Source: Myxococcota bacterium (GTDB lineage: Bacteria; Myxococcota_A; UBA796; UBA2385). Taken from it: a DNA stretch of 64,000 nt. The notes under the pieces are model-generated. The model was given only the letters and a program-made list of their open reading frames with translations. It was not told where the DNA came from and made no database searches. The stretch's first letter is position 1; each line of letters opens with the position of its first letter. Where the stretch lies: assembly GCA_044344255.1 (NCBI GenBank), contig JBIJDH010000009.1, positions 96,001-160,000 of the forward strand, given 5' to 3'. This document shows, piece after piece, positions 47,918 through 56,801 of the stretch. A program made the position numbers and the translations under genes.

Positions 47918-49402
47918 TCAGCGAGCCGCGGCGGCGCCGTGGTCACCGCGGATCTGCGCGAAGTCACGCAGGTGCCCCCAGATCGCCCGCGCGCCGCGGG
48001 TCATGTAGTCCAGGTCTTCGAGAGAGTCGAGGTGGCGCAGCTGATTCATCAAGAAGCGCGGGTGGAGGAAGAGCTTGTAGAATTGCCCCGCCATCCGCAC
48101 CACCTCCTGCTCGTCCATGTCGGTGAGGACGCAGACCGGCTCGGTCATGTCGTACCGATCGTAGTCCGTCTCGTCGAAGCGGATCCAGCCCATCCGCTGA
48201 CAGAGATCGAACAGGGGCGTGCCTGGATATGGCATGATCACGGTCGCCTGAAGGTGGTGAGCGAGGCCCTCGTGCATCAGGTAACGAGCGAGCTTCAACG
48301 TCTCCATCGCGTCCTCACGCGTCTCCCAGGGGTAGCCAACCATCAGCGTGAGGTGGGGCTGGAGGCCGGCCATCGTGGCCATCTTGCACCCCTCGATGAT
48401 CACCTCGCGGGTCAGGGACTTGTCGAGGATGTCGATCGTACGCTCGCTCGCCGACTCGATGCCGAGGATGAGCTTTCGAAAGCCCGCCTTCTTCATCAGC
48501 TCGCAGTTCCGCGGCGTGAAGTAGTCGAAGCGAAAGTTGCAGTCGAAGATGACCTTCTCGTTGATGCGCCGATCGATCATCTCGTTACACAGGCGGATCA
48601 GCCAGTTGCCGGTGGGCAAGGCGCCGGTGTCGTCGAAGATCTCGCGGGCGCCGTACCGCTGGATCAAGAAGTCCATCTCGTCACAGAGCCGCTCCGGGCT
48701 CATCGTCCGAAACTTCGGGTAGGTGACCGTCCACGAACAGAAGGTACATCGCCCGTAGGGACAGTCACGGCCGGCCATGGTCCAGAGGAATGGGAGCCGC
48801 TTCTTCCACTTTTCAAAGTAGAGGTGGGCGTTGGTCAGGTCTCGGTCCATAAAGGGCAAGGCGTTCATGTCGCCGAGGTCCTTGTAGGGTCCAGTGTCCG
48901 CCCAGGTCCCGTCGTCGTTCCGGTACCAGATGCCCCCGGCGAGCGCCTCTCCCTTGGTGAGGTGATCACAAAGGTTCTCAGCGAGGAAGTCCCAGTCACC
49001 CCCGGTGAAGCAGTAGTCTACCTTCGACCGCTCCATCGTCTCGGCCGGGTTGCCGGTGATGTGGTCCCCCATCAGCGCCGTCTTCACGCCCGGCACGAGG
49101 GCGCGCAGGTGGTCGACCACCGCCCAGTGCCGGCGGACCACCGGAGACTTTGTCTCCATCAGGACCAGCTCGGGGCGGAAATCCTCGACGATCCGATCAA
49201 ACTGCGCTTGATCTTTCTGTTCGGCGATGCAGTCAACCCACCGCACATCATGCCCTCGCTCCTGCAGCAGGGTCGCCGCGGAGGCGGGCACACAGGGGTA
49301 GAGGTAGGAAGGATCGTGAAACCATTGGAACTGTCGGTTCTGGGTCAGCATTGGGCTGCCCTTCGCCGAAGTCATGGGCGGGTAGGTCACGAGGACGCGC
49401 AT
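47918..49402 (-). CDS. B12-binding-domain radical SAM protein
   Basis: N-terminal cobalamin-binding-like domain, CPYGRCTFC, FDD, GIESAS, MVGYPWET, PYPGTPL. Confidence 0.9.
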   Translation of the reverse strand: MRVLVTYPPMTSAKGSPMLTQNRQFQWFHDPSYLYPCVPASAATLLQERGHDVRWVDCIAEQKDQAQFDRIVEDFRPELVLMETKSPVVRRHWAVVDHLRALVPGVKTALMGDHITGNPAETMERSKVDYCFTGGDWDFLAENLCDHLTKGEALAGGIWYRNDDGTWADTGPYKDLGDMNALPFMDRDLTNAHLYFEKWKKRLPFLWTMAGRDCPYGRCTFCSWTVTYPKFRTMSPERLCDEMDFLIQRYGAREIFDDTGALPTGNWLIRLCNEMIDRRINEKVIFDCNFRFDYFTPRNCELMKKAGFRKLILGIESASERTIDILDKSLTREVIIEGCKMATMAGLQPHLTLMVGYPWETREDAMETLKLARYLMHEGLAHHLQATVIMPYPGTPLFDLCQRMGWIRFDETDYDRYDMTEPVCVLTDMDEQEVVRMAGQFYKLFLHPRFLMNQLRHLDSLEDLDYMTRGARAIWGHLRDFAQIRGDHGAAAAR

Positions 49403-49481
49403 CACCGCTCCTGTCAGGGTGGAGGGCTGTACCGCAAGGCCCGCACCAAGGCCAGCAGGTTAGTGTCGGCCGCCCAATGAG

Positions 49482-49988
49482 GTGACCGTGCCCGACCGCT
49501 CCTCCGACACCCCCGGGACGCGCGCCCAGGCCGACGCCTCCGGCGACGCCGCAGCACCTCCTCTGGCCGGCGCGAGGCGCCCCGATCGCGTCTTCGGCTT
49601 TGGCTTCTCATACGACTGTCGCATCGGCTTTCACGAGTATGAGCGCCATATTCGCCAGCGGGTGAAGGTCGACTTCGAGGCGGAGACCGACTGGAGGGAC
49701 GCCGCCCGGAAGGACCGCGCGAAGAACCTCGTAGATTACTACGAGGTCAACCGCGCCGTCGAGGCGCTTGTCGGCAGCCGCGAGTGGCGACTGATCGAGG
49801 CCCTCGCGGAGGATGTCGCCCGCTTGATCTGCGCCGGCTTCCCCGTCACCGGCGTGCGGGTGCGGGTGACCAAGACCCCCTTCGACATGCCCAACGTCGG
49901 AGAGGTCGCCGTGGAGTGTTGGCGCTGCCCGGCAGACTTCGCCCCCGGCGGCCTCGCCGAGCCCGGACCGGCCGAGCGGGGAGACTGA
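49482..49988 (+). CDS. folB: dihydroneopterin aldolase
   Basis: IG-HEYER---Q, VDY, LIEALA, VRVTK. Confidence 0.8.
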   Translation: MTVPDRSSDTPGTRAQADASGDAAAPPLAGARRPDRVFGFGFSYDCRIGFHEYERHIRQRVKVDFEAETDWRDAARKDRAKNLVDYYEVNRAVEALVGSREWRLIEALAEDVARLICAGFPVTGVRVRVTKTPFDMPNVGEVAVECWRCPADFAPGGLAEPGPAERGD

Positions 49989-50063
49989 GCTACGGGAGCC
50001 GCGAGAGAACGGAGCGGGAAGACGAAGCGAGCCGGGCGCAGCGCTTCGGAGCACGGGGGAAAA

Positions 50064-50738
50064 GTGACCAAGGGTCCACGCATCTTCTCAAATTCTGCGA
50101 TGAGCGCCGACGGCAAGCTCGGCACGGTCCTCCACGATCACGTTGCGATCGGCTCTCCGGAGGACCGTCGTCGAATGAGCTGGAGGCGCGCAGAGGCCGA
50201 CGCCGTGATCGTCGGCGGGCAGACCTTCCGAAACTGGCCCCTTCCCCTCGTGGAGGACCCCGCCGCCCTCCTCGCGCCGATGGAGCGGCGACGACCGATC
50301 ATCAACCTCGTCCTGACTCGGCGAGGGATCCTCGGTTCGACTCGGCGTCGATGGCCCGATCCGCGCGTCCAGCTCGTGATCGTCGGCGGGCTGGAGCTGG
50401 ATCGGAGCGCCCATGAGGCCGCGTTCACGGGCGCGATCGTCCACCAGTCTCCGGAGCCTGACCTCCTGGGCGCGCTCGGCGTCCTCGAGGCGATGGGCGC
50501 CCAGTCCATCCTGATCGAAGGCGGTGGAGAGCTCATCTTCGAGGCCCTCCGTGTCGACCGCCTTGATGAGCTGTTCATCACCGTCTGCCCGCTCATCCTC
50601 GGCGGACGGGCTGCGCCCACCCCCGCCGATGGCCCTGGCTTCAGCGCCGAGGCGGCGCGGCGACTGCGCCTGCTCCATGCCGAGACGATCGATCAGGAGG
50701 TGTATCTTCATTATGCGGTCACCCGAACGTCGGGTTAA
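50064..50738 (+). CDS. RibD C-terminal-type reductase (dihydrofolate reductase fold)
   Basis: AMSADGK, R-EADAVIVGG-T, ILIEGGG, DELF-T-CP-ILGG; no deaminase domain. Confidence 0.88.
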   Translation: MTKGPRIFSNSAMSADGKLGTVLHDHVAIGSPEDRRRMSWRRAEADAVIVGGQTFRNWPLPLVEDPAALLAPMERRRPIINLVLTRRGILGSTRRRWPDPRVQLVIVGGLELDRSAHEAAFTGAIVHQSPEPDLLGALGVLEAMGAQSILIEGGGELIFEALRVDRLDELFITVCPLILGGRAAPTPADGPGFSAEAARRLRLLHAETIDQEVYLHYAVTRTSG

Positions 50739-50837
50739 TGTACCGCCGCGACACGAAATAGCGGCAATCAGGGTTCGAGCATAGTTCGAGGCCCGTGACC
50801 TGTTGCCGTATACCTTCTTCTCGGGGGTCACCGTCTC

Positions 50838-52010
50838 ATGGCATCGGTTCGAAACAACGCTTGGTGGGGCGAGTTTCTCCTGAGATTGCAGACAGAGTCG
50901 TTGAGCGCGCTCGCGATCCACTACGACGTGACGGAGGTCGCCTTGGAGGCCGGCCTCGGCCAAGCCGACCTCCAGGGTCCGGCCACGGAGGCCCCGTGGT
51001 GGCCCGAGGCCCAGCGTCGGCTGGACGCGGGCGTCTCTCTCCGTGCGACCGCCAGCGCCTTCGGCACCAACCCCCGGCGGCTGCGGCGCGGGCTGAGCAA
51101 GGCGGGTGACGGGACCGAGCTCGAGGAGGCCGCTCGCCAAAGCCCGTCCGAAGGGGGCCGCACCTCGGGGGGAGGCGGCTCTTCCGCGGAGGACCTCCCC
51201 CCCTCCGCCGACGACACCCTCGGCACAGATGAGCTCGATGAGCTCGATGAGCTCGATGAGCTCGATGAGCTTGAAGAGCACTTTGGCCCAGCCTTCGACG
51301 AGGCGCCCGCCCTCGGAGGGCGCCGCCCGCGCCCGCGCCCGGAGATCCTGGAGCCCCAGGTGATCCGTCGCCCGGGCCCGAGCCGGGGTGCGGGTCGAGC
51401 CCCCGCCGCCGTGGCCGGGATCCGCTCGGCCGACGAGCCAGGCGGCGCCTACGCGAGCACGCTCACGGTCCCAGAAGGAGAGGCGCTGGAGCTCAGCGCC
51501 CCGGCCCCCGCAGGGGTGCGGGTCCGCCGTCGGATCATCCGCCGCGATGAGCCCGCGCGAGAGGAGGCGCCGCCCGTCGAGGAGCCCAGCCGCTCACGCA
51601 CGAAGCGCAGCTCCCCCCACGGCGAGGTGCGCATCATGGAGCGCGCCCCCCGGGTCGAGCCCACGGCGACGCTCACGACGCCCCCCTCCGCCACCTCGCC
51701 CTCCGACCCGACCCTGCGCGATGCGGCGGCCGCCCCCAGGGTCGAAGCCAGCCCCGCCGCCGTGGAGGTGGCCGTCACCCCCGGTCGGGCCCCCAGCGCC
51801 GCCGCACCCGCCACGAGCTCCCCGCTCCGGCAGGACGCCGCGCCCCGGGCCCCGGGTCGAGCTTGGCGCGTGAAGCTGCGCGGAGAGCTCCTGCCCATGC
51901 TGATCATCGCACCCGACATGACAGAGGCGGTGCGCCTGCTCTCCTCGCAGCTCTCCGCGGCGGATCTGCAGCGGGTGAGCGTCTTCCTGGCCGGCCGTCT
52001 GATCGGCTGA
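50838..52010 (+). CDS. hypothetical protein with two N-terminal HTH-like repeats and a long low-complexity linker
   Basis: WW-E...SL-A-A--Y/F-----L pattern twice; Pro/Arg/Glu-rich middle; short folded C-terminus. Confidence 0.6.
   Translation: MASVRNNAWWGEFLLRLQTESLSALAIHYDVTEVALEAGLGQADLQGPATEAPWWPEAQRRLDAGVSLRATASAFGTNPRRLRRGLSKAGDGTELEEAARQSPSEGGRTSGGGGSSAEDLPPSADDTLGTDELDELDELDELDELEEHFGPAFDEAPALGGRRPRPRPEILEPQVIRRPGPSRGAGRAPAAVAGIRSADEPGGAYASTLTVPEGEALELSAPAPAGVRVRRRIIRRDEPAREEAPPVEEPSRSRTKRSSPHGEVRIMERAPRVEPTATLTTPPSATSPSDPTLRDAAAAPRVEASPAAVEVAVTPGRAPSAAAPATSSPLRQDAAPRAPGRAWRVKLRGELLPMLIIAPDMTEAVRLLSSQLSAADLQRVSVFLAGRLIG
51228..51272 (+). repeat. 9-bp coding tandem repeat (GATGAGCTC)x5 encoding DEL
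   Basis: Four perfect copies plus GATGAGCTT. Confidence 0.92.
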
Positions 52011-52044
52011 GCCCGGCGACCAACCTGCAGCGCGGGAGGGATCG

Positions 52045-52785
52045 ATGAGAGTCTCGGCTTGGATCGTCGTCGGCGTCGTCCTCGGCTTTCTCCTCGGTGG
52101 GATCGGGCCGCGACGTGGCGCGGCCGAGCTCAAGGGGGAGCTCGACCAGCTCCGTGAGGAGAACGCCCGCCTGGAGGCCCGTGCAGGACGAGGCGGGCGA
52201 GGCGGCCTGATGCCGGGCTTCGACCAGCTGATGCCCCCGAGGGAGCGCCCCGCCGAGCCCGCGCCCGACGAAGCAGGCGACGACGGGGCCGCAGGGGACG
52301 AGGCGAGCGGCGATGAGGTCACCGCGGCACCGGCGGGCCCTCCTCCGCGTCCGCCCACGGTCACCGAGCAGATGCAGGGCTTCGACATCGCCGTCGACGC
52401 CCAGAACCTCCGACGGCAGCAGTCTCGCCAGGCGCTCCGCGAGCAGGCCGACCTTTCGGGGGAGGAGGTTCGTGAGGTCGATGAGATCCTCGCCGACATG
52501 AACGAGCAGCTCGCCACCCACGGCGAAGAGATCATGGAGATCCTGGCCACGGGCGAGGAGCCCTCGCCGAAGGAGATGCTGTCGATCACCCACGACGTCA
52601 CCGGCATCCTCGCCGAGGCCCAGGAGAGCCTGGACGGGGTGGTGGGCGCCGACCGGCTCGAGGAGGTCGATGAGGAGGCGGGCGTGGTCTGGAACCACAT
52701 CGACCTCGGGGCCTTCCGTGAGGCGATGGAGAAGGCCGCAGAGCTCGAGGCGGCCGGCGGCGGCGCGGCCGAGCTCCCCGAGTGA
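52045..52785 (+). CDS. hypothetical membrane-anchored acidic coiled-coil protein
   Basis: GGAGG RBS, N-terminal TM, coupled to the ABC permease. Confidence 0.7.
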   Translation: MRVSAWIVVGVVLGFLLGGIGPRRGAAELKGELDQLREENARLEARAGRGGRGGLMPGFDQLMPPRERPAEPAPDEAGDDGAAGDEASGDEVTAAPAGPPPRPPTVTEQMQGFDIAVDAQNLRRQQSRQALREQADLSGEEVREVDEILADMNEQLATHGEEIMEILATGEEPSPKEMLSITHDVTGILAEAQESLDGVVGADRLEEVDEEAGVVWNHIDLGAFREAMEKAAELEAAGGGAAELPE

Positions 52786-53687
52786 GGCAGCTCCGCGATC
52801 TGCTGCTGGTGGCGCGCTTTGACCTCGGAGAGTCGGTCCGCTCCCGCCGGGCGATCGTGCTGTTGCTGCTCTACGCTGCCGGCTCCGTGGCCGCAGCGGC
52901 CCTGTTCATCGAGGTCCTGCGCGAGATCGAGAACGCGGTGGCCGAGAAGCTCTCCGTCGCGGCGACGGAGGCCCCCGGCGCGATGACCGGCGCGCTCCTC
53001 CAGAGCGAGGAGCTGCTCCAGGTGCTCTCCAACCTGATCGGCGACGCCGCCCTCGCCCGCGAGCTCCTCACGGTCCCGCCGCTGGCGCTCTTCTACGGCT
53101 GGGTGGCCTTCCTGCTCGTACCGGTGCTCGTCATCCTCACCTCCGCCGAGTCGATCGCCGCCGAGCTCGGCTCGGGCTCCTGCCGCTTCGCGCTCACCCG
53201 GACCGATCGGGCGAGCTGGGCGGTGGGAAAGCTGGTCGGGCAGTCCGCCTTGCTGGCCCTCGGCATCAGCGTCGGCGCCGTCGGGGTGTGGGCGGTGGGC
53301 CTCGCGCGCCTGTCGAGCTTCGACGCCGTCGGGACGGCCTTGTGGCTCCTGCGCCTGAGCGCCCGCGCATGGGTTCACGGCTTCGCTTGGCTCGGGCTCT
53401 GCCTCGGAATTTCTCAGCTCACCCGCTCGGTGCACTGGGCGCGGGGGCTGTCGCTCATCGTCTTCATCGGCGGGGTCGTGCTCGGGAACCTGCTCCAGTC
53501 GCCGCTGGCCGACGCCTACATCCCGGTGATCGGCCCGACCCTCGCCACGCTCTACCCGGGCAGCCACCGCCTCGACCTCTGGAGGCCCGACCTCTTCGAT
53601 CGCCTGCCCGCCATCGTCTTCCTGCTCTCCTTCGGCGGCGCCTCCTTCACCCTCGGCCATCAGGCCTTCGCTCGGCGGGACGCTTGA
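52782..53687 (+). CDS. ABC-2 type transporter permease
   Basis: About six TM segments; IAAE--SGS-RF-L-R--R-----GK. Confidence 0.82.
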   Translation: MRQLRDLLLVARFDLGESVRSRRAIVLLLLYAAGSVAAAALFIEVLREIENAVAEKLSVAATEAPGAMTGALLQSEELLQVLSNLIGDAALARELLTVPPLALFYGWVAFLLVPVLVILTSAESIAAELGSGSCRFALTRTDRASWAVGKLVGQSALLALGISVGAVGVWAVGLARLSSFDAVGTALWLLRLSARAWVHGFAWLGLCLGISQLTRSVHWARGLSLIVFIGGVVLGNLLQSPLADAYIPVIGPTLATLYPGSHRLDLWRPDLFDRLPAIVFLLSFGGASFTLGHQAFARRDA

Positions 53688-54613
53688 AGGCCGCGCTCCA
53701 GCTCCGGGGCGTGCGGAAGCAGTACGGCAAGGTAGCCGCCCTGGACGGCCTCTCCTTCTCGGTGCCGCGGGGGGCGATCTCGGGCTTCATCGGCCCCAAC
53801 GGCGCTGGGAAGACCACCACATTCGGCGTGGTGGGCGGCACCATCCGCCCCGACGCGGGCACCGTCGATCTGCTCGGCGCCGGGCCCTTCTCCGTCGAGC
53901 ACCATCGGGGTCGGGTCACCCTGCTCCCGCAAGACTGTGAGCTCAACCCGCACACCCCGGTCCGGGCCTTGCTCCTCTTCTACGGGCGGCTGCAAGGCAT
54001 GGGCGCCGCGGAGGCGGAGCGCGAGGCGGACCGCGTGCTCGACGACGTCGAGCTCCGCGACCGGGCCGACCAGCGCATCCACCAGCTCTCCCACGGCATG
54101 CGGCGCAGGGTGGCGGTGGCCCAGGCGCTGCTGGGCGCTCCGGAGCTGATCCTCCTCGATGAGCCCACCTCCGGCCTCGATCCCCACCTCGTCGCCCGGC
54201 TGCGAGAGGTGCTCAGCCGCGCGCGCGGCAAGTCGACCTTGATCATCAGCAGCCACGTGCTGGTCGAGCTCGAGGCGATCTGTGATCACGTCGTGTTCAT
54301 CGAACGGGGGCGCCTCGTCAAGGAGGCGCCGCTCGGCCGGTTGGAGGGGGCGCGCCCCGCCGTCCGCGTGCGCTTCGCCGGCAGCCTGCCTGCGCTCGAG
54401 ACCGCGCTCGACGGCCTGCCTTATACCGTCCACGCCGACGTCCTCCGCGTCGAGGGGCCGCCAGGGGGCGATGTCCCGGCGCTGAACGCCCGCGCGCTGC
54501 CCCGCCTGATCGCCGCTGGGCTGCAGATCGTCGAGGTGCTGCGTGGACAGAGCCTGGAGGAGACCTACCTCGAGGCCCGCGCCGCCCACGGGCCCAAGCC
54601 CCCACCCGCCTGA
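53684..54613 (+). CDS. ABC transporter ATP-binding protein
   Basis: GPNGAGKTT, LSHGMRRR, LLDEPTSGLDP, SSH; TTG start overlaps the upstream TGA. Confidence 0.92.
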   Translation: MKAALQLRGVRKQYGKVAALDGLSFSVPRGAISGFIGPNGAGKTTTFGVVGGTIRPDAGTVDLLGAGPFSVEHHRGRVTLLPQDCELNPHTPVRALLLFYGRLQGMGAAEAEREADRVLDDVELRDRADQRIHQLSHGMRRRVAVAQALLGAPELILLDEPTSGLDPHLVARLREVLSRARGKSTLIISSHVLVELEAICDHVVFIERGRLVKEAPLGRLEGARPAVRVRFAGSLPALETALDGLPYTVHADVLRVEGPPGGDVPALNARALPRLIAAGLQIVEVLRGQSLEETYLEARAAHGPKPPPA

Positions 54614-54646
54614 CCTACCCCGCTCACCCTGCCCCGAACGGCCCGC

Positions 54647-55921
54647 TCAATAGGGGTGGTCGAAGGCCACATAGAAGCCGAAGGATGGCACCGTATCGGC
54701 GCTGCCGTCGGGGGCTTGGACGGCGTCGAGGCCGTAGCCGGCGTCTACGCGACCGACGAAGGTGCGATCGAAGATCAGGCGGAGGCCGAGGCCGGCGGCG
54801 GAGTGCGGGAGCGCAGGCTCGTAGGCGGCGCCCCAGGTCTGACCGAGATCGATGAAGGGGGCCAGCTCCCAGCCGAGGGGACGGCCGAAGACGAAGGGGT
54901 GCTCGAGCACGCTCCAGCGGAGCTCATTGTTCAGGACCGCCTTGTGGGGCCCGCGCCAACGGCCGTAGGGCACGCCGCGGAGGGTCATCGCGCCGCCGAA
55001 GCCCACCACGGGCTCAAAGCCGAGCCAGCTCACCATCTCGTAGAAGGGCACCGTCCCGAAGAGGGCCTCGCCCATCAGGCGGGAGGCGAGCACGAGGCGC
55101 CCGCCGAGGGACTGGTAGGCGCTGAGGGAGAGGTGCGGGCCGCCATAGCCCCCCGCCTTGCCGCTGAGGGTGGGTGACCAGCCAGCGGTCGCCTCGGCGA
55201 GGAGCCCATCGCGGGGGGCGATCTCGGGCGCCCGGCTGTCGTAGAGCACACCGCCCTGCGTGGTGATCGTCCGCCCCCCCTCCGTGCCGTAGGGCCGCTC
55301 CAGGTCGAGGAGGCTGCCGGGGATCACGACCACGCGGCTGTCCTTTGGGTTCAGGGCTCCGTACACCATCCACGGGCTCCCCGCCTGGAGCGCCCAGCGC
55401 GCGGTCAGGTAGGCCTGGGGCTGAAAGAGCCCGTAGCGGTAGAACTCGGCGGCGGTGCGGGCGTCGGGGAAGGCGCTCGGCGGCAGGCGGAGCGTGTCGT
55501 CCCCGATGCCCCAGTAGCCGTCTCGCCCCCATTGCCTCCAGGCGAGGCGGACCGTGAGCCGCCAGCGGTGCTCCTCGCCGAGGCCAGTGCGGTCAAAGCG
55601 GACCCGGTGAAAGGCGAAGCCGCCCGTGGTCGCGCTGTACTGCGCCATCAACGACCACTTGTAGGGGGCATAGCCCTCCGAGACCCGGGCGATCTCGCCG
55701 CGGGCGCCGTAGCCGAAGAGGTCATCGGAGTCGTAGGAGAAGGTGGGGACGACGAAGCCCGTGAGGCGCGGCTCGCCGGTCGTCGTGCCCCCCGCAGCGT
55801 CGGGCGCCGCGGCCTCGGGCGCCGCGGCCTCGGGCACCGCGGCCTCCCCGGCGGCGGCCTGCGCCGACAGGGCTCCGAGCAGCCCGAGGGCGCTCCAGGA
55901 CCGGATCGATCGGAGGGACAT
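54647..55921 (-). CDS. Omp85/BamA-TamA family outer-membrane beta-barrel (barrel only)
   Basis: Signal peptide, YDSR, FGG--TLRG, NNELR, FIDLG, G-GLR, aromatic C-terminus. Confidence 0.75.
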   Translation of the reverse strand: MSLRSIRSWSALGLLGALSAQAAAGEAAVPEAAAPEAAAPDAAGGTTTGEPRLTGFVVPTFSYDSDDLFGYGARGEIARVSEGYAPYKWSLMAQYSATTGGFAFHRVRFDRTGLGEEHRWRLTVRLAWRQWGRDGYWGIGDDTLRLPPSAFPDARTAAEFYRYGLFQPQAYLTARWALQAGSPWMVYGALNPKDSRVVVIPGSLLDLERPYGTEGGRTITTQGGVLYDSRAPEIAPRDGLLAEATAGWSPTLSGKAGGYGGPHLSLSAYQSLGGRLVLASRLMGEALFGTVPFYEMVSWLGFEPVVGFGGAMTLRGVPYGRWRGPHKAVLNNELRWSVLEHPFVFGRPLGWELAPFIDLGQTWGAAYEPALPHSAAGLGLRLIFDRTFVGRVDAGYGLDAVQAPDGSADTVPSFGFYVAFDHPY

Positions 55922-55937
55922 CGAGGCGGGAGCCGAC

Positions 55938-56762
55938 TTAGGGCCGCCCCTCCGCGCAGCGCTCTTCGGTGACGTCGTCCCAATCCGCGAGGTTGTTGAG
56001 CATCAGGCGCTGGAAGCCTTCATTGTCCGTGGTGAAGGTGCCCCCGAAGTCCGCCTGTCGCCAGATGGCGTAGAGGTGCAGGATCTCCCCGCCGCTGCGC
56101 TCGTAGTAGACCTCCATCTGGTAGTCCTGATCGAGGCTCTTGTCGGGATCATCAAACTTGGCAGGGGAGGGGAGGTAGGTGCGGGCGAGCAGCACATCCC
56201 CGTACGGGCTCTGTTCATCGTCGAGGGTCGGCACTCGACGAAGCCCCCCCTTGATGTCGGAGCTGTAATCCACCAGATCATCGACCTCATAGTGCACGGA
56301 CCACGTGAGCGTGTCGCTGTCACCGGAGAGGAAGTCGCCTCGATCGCTCGAGAATTCTCGCTCATAGGAGGAGTAGGTGTCGGGGTAGAGCTCGTCCTGG
56401 TGGACGTAGGAGACGATCTCTTCGAGCTGGGAAAGCTCACAGTCGAAGGTGTTGACGAGGAAGAGGCCCTGCGCGGACTTCGGATCCCGATTGACGCCCA
56501 CGAGCTCCGCTTCATCGCGGCTGAGGTCGGTCAGGGTGCCGTCGAGGAGCTCGTCCAGGCTGCCGCCGTCTACCGCCTTGTGGAGGTTGCGGACGCCCTC
56601 CGCGAGCTGGGCGTCCTCCCCATCGGGGAACTGTTGCCAGAAATAGTGCGTGAGGTCGTCCAGGGCCTTCGGGGCCGGCTCCACCTTCTTGCAGGCGGAG
56701 AGGGCGAGCCCGAGCGCCAGGCAGCGGAGGGCGGTCGAGGTCTTCCGGGGGGCGCGCGGCAT
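55938..56762 (-). CDS. hypothetical acidic lipoprotein
   Basis: GGAGG RBS, lipobox LSAC, strong GC3 bias. Confidence 0.75.
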   Translation of the reverse strand: MPRAPRKTSTALRCLALGLALSACKKVEPAPKALDDLTHYFWQQFPDGEDAQLAEGVRNLHKAVDGGSLDELLDGTLTDLSRDEAELVGVNRDPKSAQGLFLVNTFDCELSQLEEIVSYVHQDELYPDTYSSYEREFSSDRGDFLSGDSDTLTWSVHYEVDDLVDYSSDIKGGLRRVPTLDDEQSPYGDVLLARTYLPSPAKFDDPDKSLDQDYQMEVYYERSGGEILHLYAIWRQADFGGTFTTDNEGFQRLMLNNLADWDDVTEERCAEGRP

Positions 56763-56801
56763 CCTTCCTCCAGCGGGGAGAGGCAGTATAAGGGGCAGAC
56801 C

